From: Nitrospirales bacterium
GTDB taxonomy: Bacteria > Nitrospirota > Nitrospiria > Nitrospirales > UBA8639
Length of the DNA: 64,000 bases
Direction of reading: 5' to 3'
Assembly: GCA_963555755.3 (NCBI GenBank)
Contig: OY820905.2
Span: forward strand, 480,001-544,000
The notes under the pieces were generated by a model. The model made no database searches, was not told the origin of the DNA, and was given only the letters and a program-made list of their open reading frames with translations. The number at the start of each line of letters is the position of its first letter. Position 1 is the stretch's first letter. The translations under genes were made by a program, and so were the position numbers. Positions 11,077 to 20,894 of the stretch are shown piece after piece.

Positions 11077-12493
11077 AAGGCCCAGGTTGGCTATCGACGA
11101 CCACGACATCGCAGCGGGCCACCCAATGTCGCTGTTCCAAACCGGCTGCAGCGTCAGTTCAATACCGCCACACCGAATGAGGCGTGGGTGACAGATATCA
11201 CGCATAGTGCGCCCAGCCTTCGGAGGTGTCATGGAAGACGCTACCGAAGCGCGAGCATGTTTGGAATGTGGAAGGACTAAACAAGGAGGAATAAGTCTGA
11301 TACCCGCTTTTCGCTACGGAAAAGCGAGAGCCGAAACGGCGGTGACCTGCTATGCACTGGCAGGGTGACGAAGCCCGTGGGAAACGGGGCGTGAGGCGAA
11401 GCCGTTACGCCAAGATGCGTCTCTAGGCTGAGTGCGGGAAGGTTGAGGAACACGAACCGGTTGATGCGCGTCTGTGGGTTGAAATGTCACCACCTCCTAC
11501 ACGGCTTACCAGGAGGTTCACGGACAGATATCGGGTACAGGTATGAGCTGATATCGGGTGGCGGTGCGAGATGTATGCGTACCACCACTGAGCGGCGTGG
11601 AGTGCGTAGCTAGCACGCGGCGTCCGTGACGACTTGCGGCAAGCAAGGGCAAAGATTGCGACCGGCAACCTCCCCCGCATGGTGGAGTCCAACATGTGAA
11701 CTGGGGAAGGCGATGGTGAGGATGCCAAGGGAGTGTGATCCCGATGCCCCCATCGCTGGCGGAGCTCCCGTAGTAGTCGGAGACAGGGAGAGCCTGTTAC
11801 AGGGCGAAGGGGAGCAGCTTCGTCGAGGTGTGAAGCAGACTAGCTGACTGGAGAGAGGTGAAGACCTTTGAGAATCAGTGAAAGGCAACACACATGTATG
11901 GCCATGAGCCACGACGAGGTGGAGAGCCGTATGCGCTGAGAGGCGCATGTACGGTTCGGGGAGGAGAAGCAGGGAAATAGTTCGACTACGCCCTGCTTCT
12001 TACTCCACTCCTCACCCATGAGGGTTGGCTGTATCTAGCGGTGGTCGTGGACTTATTCTCCCGGCGCGTGATTGGCTGGTCAATGAAGTCCAGAATTACC
12101 AAGGAACTGGTACTGGATGCGCTATTGATGGCGGTATGGCGGCGCAACCCCAAAACACAAGTGATGGTGCATGCAGACCAGGGTAGCCAGTACACCAGTT
12201 ATGACTGGCAAGACTTTCTGCGCGAACATGGCCTGGAGGGAAGTACGAGTCGGCGCGGGAACTGTCATGACAATGCAGTTGCCGAGAGCTTTTTCCAACT
12301 ACTCAAGCGCGAGCGAGTTCGACGTCACGTCTACACAACTCTCGATGAAGCCCGCAGTGATGTATTTGATTATATAGAGATGTTTTACAACGCTTGGCGC
12401 CACCACGGTTTTAATAACCAGCTGTCGCCGGTAGAGTATGAAGAGCAGTACGAAAAACGGCTGGCGAGCGTCTAGAGAACTGGGGGCGATTCA
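11077..12493 (+). mobile_element. 5'-truncated IS3-family element (orfB) interrupted by a group II intron
   Basis: PNRLQRQF..PNEAWVTDITH|ILTHEGWLYLAVVVDLFSR, HADQGSQY, GNCHDNAVAESFF; right IR ends ..GGCGATTCA at 12493. Confidence 0.85.
11207..12008 (+). mobile_element. ORF-less group II intron (802 nt)
   Basis: 5' GTGCG; domain V GAGCCGTATGCGCTGAGAGGCGCATGTACGGTTC (11924-11957); domain VI with bulged A12002; 3' AC; removal restores the IS3 reading frame; EBS1/EBS2 complementary to the 5' exon. Confidence 0.93.
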
Positions 12494-12611
12494 ATCGACA
12501 CCTACCACGGAGCGGGCTAAGGACAAATTGTTGCAATTACGAGTAGAGAGCAATAAAATCAACTCAGCTGGTAAACTGAAAGCGTAGCGTGTGTCAGCTG
12601 AGACCGTAAAA

Positions 12612-12985
12612 CCGGATCATACAGAATTTAGTGTTCTGGTAAATTTGTAGCTGCTGCATCTCTCCTGAGCCAGGTCGGAGGATGCTTCTTCCTGGCGTTC
12701 TGGACCATTGCGGCGTGAGAAGAGGGCACGACCTGCCTGCGCGTTTGCGCGTTGTATCGGCTACAGCGCGTAAACGCGCAGGCGCTCCAGGCCTGCGTAG
12801 CCTTCGGCGGAGTAGGCTCGGCGGAGGCTGGTGAGATCGTGCAGCGACACAAGAAAGGGAGGGTGGCCATTAGCCACCAAATAGAACGCGGAGGGCTACA
12901 GACTGCTCCTTGATCTTTGGAACAGGGTTATTGGTGGGCGATTACTAATTCATATTTCTGGAACCCTAAATTCCGTATGACCGGG
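12612..12985. mobile_element. 374-bp element bounded by 25-bp inverted termini
   Basis: CCGGATCATACAGAATTTAGTGTTC / inverted CCCGGTCATACGGAATTTAGGGTTC, 21/25. Confidence 0.6.
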
Positions 12986-13041
12986 AGTTCGCCCAAATCA
13001 TGGGTGATTCTCGGAAGGGTTCACACCTAGGAGGAATCAAA

Positions 13042-13524
13042 ATGCAATTCTCGGCGAGAGGGCTTACGGTAGCATGTAGTATCGCTGTGCTAGCAACCCT
13101 GGCTAACCCGGCAGCCGCGGCAGCCGGGGCAGCCTTTGCTGATCAGTACTTTCTCAAAGTTGATAACATCAAAAACAAAAGCTGTGAGAAAAGCAGCCCA
13201 GACATCCTTGTTAAGATCTTTCACTGGAACAACTCGACCAATTCGAGAGGGGAAATCCAGAAACAACAAGATGTCGCAGCAGGAAAAAAGGGTACTTTCG
13301 TCTTCGAAATAATTGACCAGAAACCCAAGTATAGGTACATGGAAGTAAGAGCGTACGGTACAGCTGGAAAGATCGCAAAAAGCGTTCTCAAGATGAAACC
13401 ATCTCAGGGTGGGGTGTATTGGAATCAATTCGATGGTTATGAAGGCGACAACTTCAATATCAACAAGAAAAAGAGCGGTGGTTACAGCTTCAACCTGGAT
13501 GTCAAGATGAAAGTTTGCCCGTAG
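13042..13524 (+). CDS. Hypothetical secreted protein
   Basis: AGGAGG RBS at 13029; Sec-type signal peptide (MQFSARG-hydrophobic-AAA); Lys-rich mature part with 2 Cys. Confidence 0.7.
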   Translation: MQFSARGLTVACSIAVLATLANPAAAAAGAAFADQYFLKVDNIKNKSCEKSSPDILVKIFHWNNSTNSRGEIQKQQDVAAGKKGTFVFEIIDQKPKYRYMEVRAYGTAGKIAKSVLKMKPSQGGVYWNQFDGYEGDNFNINKKKSGGYSFNLDVKMKVCP

Positions 13525-13689
13525 TAGAGGATGAGGATAGGACAGATAAGCTGCGTTTTCGCTCAACGTCCGAGTATGGATGCTATGTCAAGGTCCTGCG
13601 GGGAGCCCGAGACGGGGTGCGGTTCGACGAGTCAGTCAGAACGTCAGAGATGGTGTACCTCCGGCCACTGGACAGACCAGACCCGGGAC

Positions 13690-13760
13690 TGGAGCGGGTG
13701 GCAGAGGCCAGTGGGTTCTCTCTCCATGCCGGTGTGAGCCGTGAGGGACAAGAACAAGAG
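13690..13760 (+). pseudogene. IS91-family transposase scrap
   Basis: AEASGFSLHAGV matches the GFSLHA motif also seen in the 17-18 kb IS91 transposase. Confidence 0.5.
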
Positions 13761-13847
13761 CGATGGTACGGACTTCGACGGGGTTATCAGGAAACTCTGC
13801 GATGACGACAGCTGATCGCCGATACGAAGCGGAGGTGGGCAGCAGCG

Positions 13848-13900
13848 AGATTCGTGACGGCTCATGCCGCTGTATCTAATCTGTTCAACCTCGGGAGACC
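13848..13900 (+). pseudogene. IS6-family transposase scrap
   Basis: RFVTAHAAVSNLFNLGR, similar to the IS6 fragment at 15.7 kb. Confidence 0.45.
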
Positions 13901-13912
13901 CCATGGGGTACT

Positions 13913-14447
13913 GGGGGTTTTCCCTCGAAATAGGACATAACAGCCGTAAGTCATTGATTTTCGAGCTTCAAAGCAATGAAATTCAAAATCCTCAAAAAAA
14001 GTAATACACCTCTAGAAGCCGCGGCTGGCGCGGTCTATAGCGGTTTTTGGGATCATACGCAATATATGGTTCTACCCCTAACGCCATCCGGTTCTGAATA
14101 CCTGGAACTTCTTGTCCCTGCCTTTCCTTCCTGTGAGCTTTCTTTCTTGCGTAGCTGTACGATCTGATCGTGCCCTTCCCATGCACCAAGTGCCCCTGAC
14201 GCCTGGCAGAGGCAGCGCCTGCCTGCGCGCCGGAGCGCTTCGGCGGAGGCGGGTGAGATGCTGCAGCGACACACCAGACTTGACGACGTGCTTCGCTCCA
14301 AAGGAGAGGCGATATAACCCACGAGGAGTGCCCTTAAAATATTTGCACCTGATCGTATGGTGCGGCCAGAACCCTCAATTCTGCATGATCCGGAAAACCA
14401 TATATTGCGTATGATCCGTTTTTTGTCCGTTTTGGACGAAAAACCCC
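13913..14447. mobile_element. Tn3-like miniature element (imperfect IR pair)
   Basis: 38-bp GGGGG..CCGTAAG at 13913-13950; inverted partial partner ending at 14447, about 22/30 match. Confidence 0.5.
14048..14419. mobile_element. Element bounded by 25-bp inverted termini, right end doubled
   Basis: GGATCATACGCAATATATGGTT at 14050 has a perfect inverted copy at 14396-14417; an extra inner copy lies at 14369-14393. Confidence 0.6.
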
Positions 14448-14600
14448 TAGGACCCCTCAAAGGCTCGCGAGAAAGTGCTAGAAGAGGGTTGCATCCAGAT
14501 CGCACAAAACGGTGGAATGGATTTCCAGCATGGTGGTAAACTGGATCAGGATAGAAACATCGATCTTGCGGATACCAATAAACAACGGAGCGGGTGAATC

Positions 14601-14816
14601 ATGCATGATGTTTCCCCGGTAAAATATTACCGCGATGAAGGCTTCGTCGAGGACAAGATCGAAATCAACGACGAAGACCTTGACGCTATCATCGAAGAGT
14701 ACTTGATGCGTCATACCAAGTTCGATTTCGATGAACTTGAAGTCGTGAATAACCGGCCCCTGAATATCTGGTCTAGCGTGTATACTCTACAGCAACCCTT
14801 TCCATCTGCTTTATGA
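14601..14816 (+). CDS. Small acidic hypothetical protein (possibly a fragment)
   Basis: ORF only; stop overlaps the next ATG. Confidence 0.35.
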   Translation: MHDVSPVKYYRDEGFVEDKIEINDEDLDAIIEEYLMRHTKFDFDELEVVNNRPLNIWSSVYTLQQPFPSAL

Positions 14817-15211
14817 ATAATACATTTTCGTACATTCGTGCAATTCCGTATGGTTTGTATATGAATGTCATTCAACACGCTTTTTTCTTCTACCGTTTCG
14901 GTCGGCTGAATACAAGGATAGAGGTCCCGCCACACGTTACTGTAGCATCATCGGAGCATTTGTTTTTTATCGTCGGCATCCTCTCGGTTATGCTCCTGTT
15001 TTATTTCATGAAAAAGCTACCTTCCGGCGCACCGCGAAGAACACTGTTTGCCTTCTTTATTGTCGCTGTGTGTTTAGGAACAATTGGGTCTGTTGGTGGA
15101 GGGTTATTTGGACCAATAGGCGTGCTTATATACGGACTCGTTCCGTTCCTCGTGATACTGCCCATAGGGTATGGGCTGGCTCGGGGTGTACAGCGGTTCC
15201 TCAAAAAGTAA
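14813..15211 (+). CDS. Hypothetical membrane protein (about 3 TM)
   Basis: Hydrophobic segments, GGGLFGPIG glycine-rich helix pair. Confidence 0.5.
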   Translation: MNNTFSYIRAIPYGLYMNVIQHAFFFYRFGRLNTRIEVPPHVTVASSEHLFFIVGILSVMLLFYFMKKLPSGAPRRTLFAFFIVAVCLGTIGSVGGGLFGPIGVLIYGLVPFLVILPIGYGLARGVQRFLKK

Positions 15212-15372
15212 TTTGTAACTGGGGTACTGATAGGTTGTGACAGCCCTATGTACCGTCAGATTGGTTTGGCACTTTTCTCCATGTTTCTACGATCAGTTCC
15301 GGCAAATTTGTCGGATACGCGTCAGAAGCGGCTGTGTCAGACTGTCTTGCAGCAAACAAGCGTCTAGCAATG

Positions 15373-15660
15373 TCAATTGGCATCCCCAAATACTTGCACC
15401 CATTCTCCAAAGTTGAGGTTGGTGGTGACGATAAGGCTGGTCTTCTCATACAACTGGCTGATTAGATGGAACAACAAGGCGCCGCCGGACTTGGGGAACG
15501 GCATATAACCCAGCTCATCCAAGATAACGGCATTCACCTGGCTCAGCCGCCGAGCCATCTGACCCGGGTTGCCAGCGGTCTGCTCCTTGATAAGCGCATT
15601 CACCAGATCCACCGCATTAAAGAAGCGAACCCGTTTACTCTGGTGAACCAGGGTAAGCGC
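15373..15660 (-). pseudogene. istB: IS21-family helper ATPase IstB fragment
   Basis: VRFFNAVDLVN, VILDELGYMPF, LYEKTSLIVTTNL.FGEW..VFGDA. Confidence 0.85.
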
Positions 15661-15679
15661 GCTGTTAAGTGCATCTACC

Positions 15680-15930
15680 GGCGGATACCAGATGCCGTCC
15701 CAGATTGATCAGGTTATAGACAGCTGCATGGGCGGGCGCGAATCTCTGGGCCTACACCTTCGATTTGAACTCCGAGATGTGGGACCACCGCATACTCCGC
15801 TCCCTGACCTTGGTCGCTTCATGTGACTGCTCTGCCCGATTGTTTGCATACCGATCAGTCTCATGAATGGCCTCCGGAATCAGCTCCCTGTGGGCAACGT
15901 CATAACTGCGCAGCTTGTCTGTCACGATGT
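15680..15930 (-). pseudogene. IS6-family transposase fragment
   Basis: Manual translation: IVTDKLRSY..AHREL, NNRAEQSHE..KVRER, HAAVYNLINLGRH; internal stop. Confidence 0.75.
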
Positions 15931-16146
15931 GGAGGTGCCCCTTTGTTCATCATATAGTACTGCCTAGGGGATCTAATCGGGTTCAATTGATTCTGTGATC
16001 GTGGTCACATTTTCAAAGGGTTACTGACGAATTCGTGACGCCTAATGCCATTCGAAAAGGGGTCAAATCTTTGGTTGACTAAATAAGACTTTCTCTTCCC
16101 TACTCTTGTCATTCAAGATATTCCGAGTGGAAAAAAAAGGGGTCAA

Positions 16147-17250
16147 CGCGGATTCATACAATAAGTGCAATTTCTCTCGCCACCCGAATTGGGTAGGATG
16201 AGGGGCTGAACCAATCCATGTCACCGGAGGAACTGCACGTATGACACACTACCAACACCTAGGCACCGAAGAACGGTTTTACATCTGGCAAGCGCTACGG
16301 GAAGGGAAAACACAACAGCAGATTGCTGAGGCCCTTGGCCGTCACCCCTCAAACAGTCAGTCGAGAACTCAAACGGAATACCTATCCGCAGTGTCATGTG
16401 TATACCTATCACTGGGCCAGGCAGATCGTGAAGCATCGAAAACACGACGCGAATCGACAGAAGTCTCGCACGCTCACGGATGAACACGCGCACTTGATCA
16501 CGCAGCTCGTGCGGCAATACTTAAGCCCGGAGCAAGGCAGCGGGTACCTGAAACAACACCATGCTCTCAGCCTCAGTCATGAAACGATTTATCGGTTCAT
16601 CTACAGTGATGCCACCCGAAAAGCGGAATTACAACCATTTCTTCATCAAGGGCGTCGCCATCGCCGCAAGCGATATGGCTCGGGAGCCCGCGCCTCCTGT
16701 ATTCCCAATCGCATTTCGATCACGGAGCGTCCCCAAGAAGTGGACAAGAAAGAACGCCTCGGGGACTGGGAGTGTGATACGGTAATTGGGAAAGATCGAA
16801 AAAGCGTGCTGGTGACGGTGGTGGACCGAGCCTCATTGTATACGGTCTGCTCTCGAGTCTTGAACCGGTCCGCCCACGTGGTGAGCCGGGCCATCATCCG
16901 ACTCCTTCGCACCTTCAAAGAGCGCGTGAAGACCCTCACCTTTGATAATGGCTCAGAATTTGTGAAGCATGAACGGATTGCCCGCGCCCTTGAGGCCACC
17001 ACCTTTTTTGCCCATCCCTATTCCTCCTGGGAGCGAGGCATCAATGAAAACACCAACGGACTCCTTCGACAGTTCTTCCCGAAACACACGGATTTTCGGA
17101 CGATCTCCTGGCAACAGGTGACTGAGGCCGTCGACCTCCTCAATAATCGTCCAAGAAAAACACGAGGGTATCGAACCCCCAACCAACTATTCAACAATCA
17201 CTTCGTCCCACTTATTTGAGAAAGAATTGCACTTGCTACTTGAATTCAAG
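16147..17250 (+). mobile_element. IS30-family element; transposase 16241-17219 with a +1 frameshift near 16351
   Basis: IRs share ATTCA..AAGTGCAATT; TVSRELKRN, GDWECDTV, TFDNGSEF, SWERGINENTNGLLRQ, LNNRPRK. Confidence 0.9.
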
Positions 17251-18360
17251 GACGCGTTTGAGTAATTGGGCCCAGCTCATACGAGCCCGTGTGGAGGCAG
17301 AGAGGGAATCGTCGTTCCCCTCGGTGGTGTTCAGCACCTGGTCGGGCTCACCGGGGACGATTTGGGACCGCAGCGCCGCGTTGGGGGCCAGCACCCCATG
17401 GAAGCGAATGAGATGCAGCCGGGGACGCGGGACGAGCGCGGCCAAGCGTTGGAGGAATTCCAGCGGGGTCATCACGAGATGGGTGGTGCCATCGCGGTAG
17501 GGCGTTTTGAGTTGCAACACGACCTCGCCGGCCGGGGTGCGGCGCAGGCGTTTATGGCCCAGGGCCGGACGGGTGATGTCGCGACAGAGCTGTTCGAGTT
17601 TCTGCCGTTGATGAGGTCCACACCAGGTATCCGCATGCAGGCTAAATCCCTGGGCACTCACACAGCCCTTTGGCTGTGGTGCCTCTTGACTGGCCAGGCG
17701 CACGGCCGGATCTTTCCATGTCAGCACTTTTTGTCCCGCTCGGGGGCCAAGGGCAATGCGGTAGGTGCAGGCGGCTGCCTGCAGCGGGGCCAAGGCGGGA
17801 TCGGCATCGGGGTCGGTCAGGTACGGAATCTCGGTGTCTTCTTCCATCAGCGCGCCGTGGCGTGTTAAGGCCTTTAGGAGGCGCGTGATGATCCGCGTGA
17901 GTAACGCCTGCAGCTGGTCAGTGGTGGGGGCCGGGATGGCCTGGAAGATCGGGACCCCGTCCGTGAGATGATAGACGCCATCGAGCATCAAGCAATGGAG
18001 ATGAATGTTGAGATTGGCGGCGGAGCCAAAGCGTTGGATGAGGGTCACCGCGCCGGTCTGGGCCTGGGCATGGGTCAAGCCGGCTTGGTGGATCACGAAG
18101 GTCGAGAGGGCGCGGTGAATGACTTGCAACACCGGGGAAAGCCGCTGCGGCTGGGTCGCGAACAGATGCCGCAAGGGGATAGGACACGAGACCACCCATT
18201 GGCGCACGGGCACGTGAGGAATAACCTGCTCAACCAGGTGGGCCGCGGTTTCCGCCATGCGACGGGCACCACAGGCGGGGCAAAACCCTCGGCGTTTACA
18301 AGAGAACGCCACCAGCTTCTCATGGGCGCAGTCCCCACATCGCAGGCGCAGAAACCCGTG
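17251..18360 (-). pseudogene. IS91-family (Y2) transposase, truncated at both ends
   Basis: FSCKRRGFCPACG, VPVRQWV, QRFGSAANLNIHLH, GFSLHA, PRLHLIRFHGVLAPNA; 3' end cut by IS30. Confidence 0.88.
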
Positions 18361-18366
18361 CGCTCA

Positions 18367-18546
18367 GGGCTCGCGAAACAATACCTTCCCATTTTCGCAT
18401 CCCAGCTTCAGGCCATCTTGAGCCGATCTTCACTCGCACAATCCTCCACGTGGGCGTTGCTACGCCTGCGGTTTTGCTCCCTCAGATCGACTCAATCTGA
18501 CCCAAATCTGGACGGGATGTTATCCAAGGTATTTTTTCACGGGCCC
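18367..18546. repeat. MITE family B (180 bp)
   Basis: TIRs GGGCTCGCGAAACAATACCTT / inverted GGGCCCGTGAAAAAATACCTT; homologous to 36964-37145. Confidence 0.75.
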
Positions 18547-20051
18547 TAATTCGGTTGGACTTGGGTCTCTGGTTCGGCTAAATGCTCGCGGACTTCTTTG
18601 ACGTAGGTTTTGAAGGGGTTGGGCATGGGGAAGGGGGGCTGGCCGCGGAGTTGAAAGATGGACCAGTTGATGACGTAGTGGGGAAAGCGGCGTTCTAGTG
18701 ATGGCTCGAGACTGGGTTCTTCATTCCATTCTTTGCCGACTAATTGACGGATGAGTTCACTTCGACCAAAGGCGCGGGTATTGCGAGGAGGATTTTGCAT
18801 GGCGAGATCGATGGCCGTGTTGGTGGTGACACGTGGAACGCGACCTTCTTCTTCAAGGCCAAAGTACAAACTTTTTTCTGGATTGAGGTTATGATATTCC
18901 AAGTCCAGGCTCTTGAGCCACGGATCATCCCATTCGAGTTTTTCTTCTTCTTTAAACGATTCTAGGAGCCACAGTTTCGAGGCCCAATCAACTCGTCCCA
19001 CCAGTTTCGTGTAATCACCGCGAAGATCACGTAAGACAGACTCCCATTGATCCAGAACCCAATCGGTATCGTCATCCTGTCCGGCATACTGATCTTGAGC
19101 GGCCTTGAGAAAGTCTTCTTGAATATCGATCGCGGATCTTGTCTGCCCATTGGCTAAACGCACGTTCCATTTTCTGGTACTGTCGCGAGAGATATCTTTC
19201 AGCGTTTGAATGGGTTCTTCCAGATCCAGCCCCACCGGAGCATGGCCATCTTCAATAAGCTGGAGCACAATGCCGGTCGTCCCCATTTTCAAGGCCGTGG
19301 CCACTTCAGCCATGTTCGAATCGCCAAGGAGTAAGTGAATGCGTCGAAATTGATTGGGGTCGGCTAATGGTTCGTCACGCGTATTAATGAGGGCGCGATT
19401 GTTTTGTACCCATTCAAAAAAATCATTCACGATATGGTCGGCGCGCTGTGAAATTTGAAATGGCACGGTCGGACTCCCGTGTTGATCTCGAAGGCCAGAC
19501 CCTTTCTGGGACAGTTGTTCAATCGGTACCCATCCATCATAAATCTCTGTGACACCAATGCGTCCAGCGCCGGTAAAAATTTGGCGCGTCACCAGAAACG
19601 GAATGAGTTTATTCAAACCTTTGAGGTTAAACGGAAAATCGCGTGAGACCAGGTAGTTTTCATGACATCCGAATGTCGCATCGGTTTCATGATCGATATT
19701 ATTTTTGATGAGTGAAATATTCTGGTCCAGGTTGAGTTCGACCAACGTACGTTGGAGCAACCGATCGCCGGCACGGTCCGATGCTACAATATCGGCGAGG
19801 GTGTGACATTCCGGGGAGGCAAACTCCAAATGACCCATATCCACATACAGTCGCCCGGCATTGAGCAAAAACCCGCCATTGCCAGGAGGTTCATCGTAGC
19901 CGCGATAATGCAGGTCCAAGACGCCTTGCTTGCGAACGCGAAATACTTGATCGATTACACGATGGGCGAGCCAGGAGGGCGAGTGATCAGGATCATCGCT
20001 GTTGATAAGGAGTCCGTACTCTGTCTCAATACCGAAAATGCGTTTGAACAT
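18546..20051 (-). CDS. pafA: Pup/UBact--protein ligase
   Basis: GIETEYG, NAGRLYVDMGHLEFASPEC, GCHENY, NTRDEP, LDLEYH; last gene of the proteasome operon. Confidence 0.88.
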   Translation of the reverse strand: MFKRIFGIETEYGLLINSDDPDHSPSWLAHRVIDQVFRVRKQGVLDLHYRGYDEPPGNGGFLLNAGRLYVDMGHLEFASPECHTLADIVASDRAGDRLLQRTLVELNLDQNISLIKNNIDHETDATFGCHENYLVSRDFPFNLKGLNKLIPFLVTRQIFTGAGRIGVTEIYDGWVPIEQLSQKGSGLRDQHGSPTVPFQISQRADHIVNDFFEWVQNNRALINTRDEPLADPNQFRRIHLLLGDSNMAEVATALKMGTTGIVLQLIEDGHAPVGLDLEEPIQTLKDISRDSTRKWNVRLANGQTRSAIDIQEDFLKAAQDQYAGQDDDTDWVLDQWESVLRDLRGDYTKLVGRVDWASKLWLLESFKEEEKLEWDDPWLKSLDLEYHNLNPEKSLYFGLEEEGRVPRVTTNTAIDLAMQNPPRNTRAFGRSELIRQLVGKEWNEEPSLEPSLERRFPHYVINWSIFQLRGQPPFPMPNPFKTYVKEVREHLAEPETQVQPN

Positions 20052-20081
20052 GGTAATGCGAGATATCCAAGTTATGTTCTC

Positions 20082-20894
20082 TCAGGTCCATGGCAGAGGA
20101 AGCAGTGAGTGTAATTCTTGTTGGCCGACTGGACGATATTTAGAGCTTCCGGGGCTGCGCCGTTCCAGAACGGCACATTCCAGAGTTTTTTCGGTTAAGA
20201 CGGTTTTGAGATGTTCAAGGATTTGTTCCTCAGAGAAAGAATCACTGCCCTGGTCATGGTCTGGTGTTTCCGAAGATGACGATTCAGCGTGTTCATTCTC
20301 CTGACTTTGGGATAGCGCGCCAAGCCCCCAGGCTCGAACCGCGACTTCAAGAACGGCGTGAAAGGTGGAGACTGCGGATGTGATCTGCTTTTTGAGATAC
20401 GAACGCATGGTGTCTTGAATGGTTGCGGATGCTCCAAGAACGGCCATTTCATTGTGCTCTTCGAATGTGCCGTCATAGTCGACTGTAAAATATCGATCTT
20501 GGTTGGGAAGGGTTCCCAATTCTGCCAATAGTAGCTTCGTGATATACGGGGCTTTGAAAATCTCTTCAAAAGCCTGTTTGATCGAGGGAGCCAGGCCATA
20601 CTTGATGAGTCGGGCACCGTTCACATCAGCCGGCGATCGCTGAAAACCTTCCACATGGGCCATGTCCAAAATGGAAAACCGAAGTTTTTCGAGATCCGCC
20701 GGATGTCCCATCCCACCGAGGCCAATGCGATCGTATATTTCATAGAGCTTCGGTGTTCCGTGACTGGTGGTCAACAGAACAATCCCGTCTACATAGGACA
20801 CGGCGACAATCGGACTGCCTTGACGAAATTGGTCATCAAGGTATTGGCGTCGATTCCCAACCGCTTCGATCCATCGATATGGTTCTTCATACAT
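20082..20894 (-). CDS. prcA: 20S proteasome alpha subunit
   Basis: GSPIVA, KLYEIYDRIG, KLLLAELG, VDYDG, LECAVLERR. Confidence 0.88.
   Translation of the reverse strand: MYEEPYRWIEAVGNRRQYLDDQFRQGSPIVAVSYVDGIVLLTTSHGTPKLYEIYDRIGLGGMGHPADLEKLRFSILDMAHVEGFQRSPADVNGARLIKYGLAPSIKQAFEEIFKAPYITKLLLAELGTLPNQDRYFTVDYDGTFEEHNEMAVLGASATIQDTMRSYLKKQITSAVSTFHAVLEVAVRAWGLGALSQSQENEHAESSSSETPDHDQGSDSFSEEQILEHLKTVLTEKTLECAVLERRSPGSSKYRPVGQQELHSLLPLPWT

Noticed and set aside
11423..11948. Short ORFs within the intron as an intron-encoded protein
   Set aside because: No RT (YADD) or maturase motifs; they overlap structural domains
12612..15211. Integron cassette array
   Set aside because: No intI gene and no attC RYYYAAC/GTTRRRY structures recognised around the orphan genes
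16241..17219. Programmed frameshift in the IS30 transposase
   Set aside because: A single extra A in a short run, and IS30 normally has one ORF; mutation or sequencing error is more likely
17266..18549. Long plus-strand ORFs of 200 and 193 aa
   Set aside because: Antisense shadows of the GC-rich IS91 transposase
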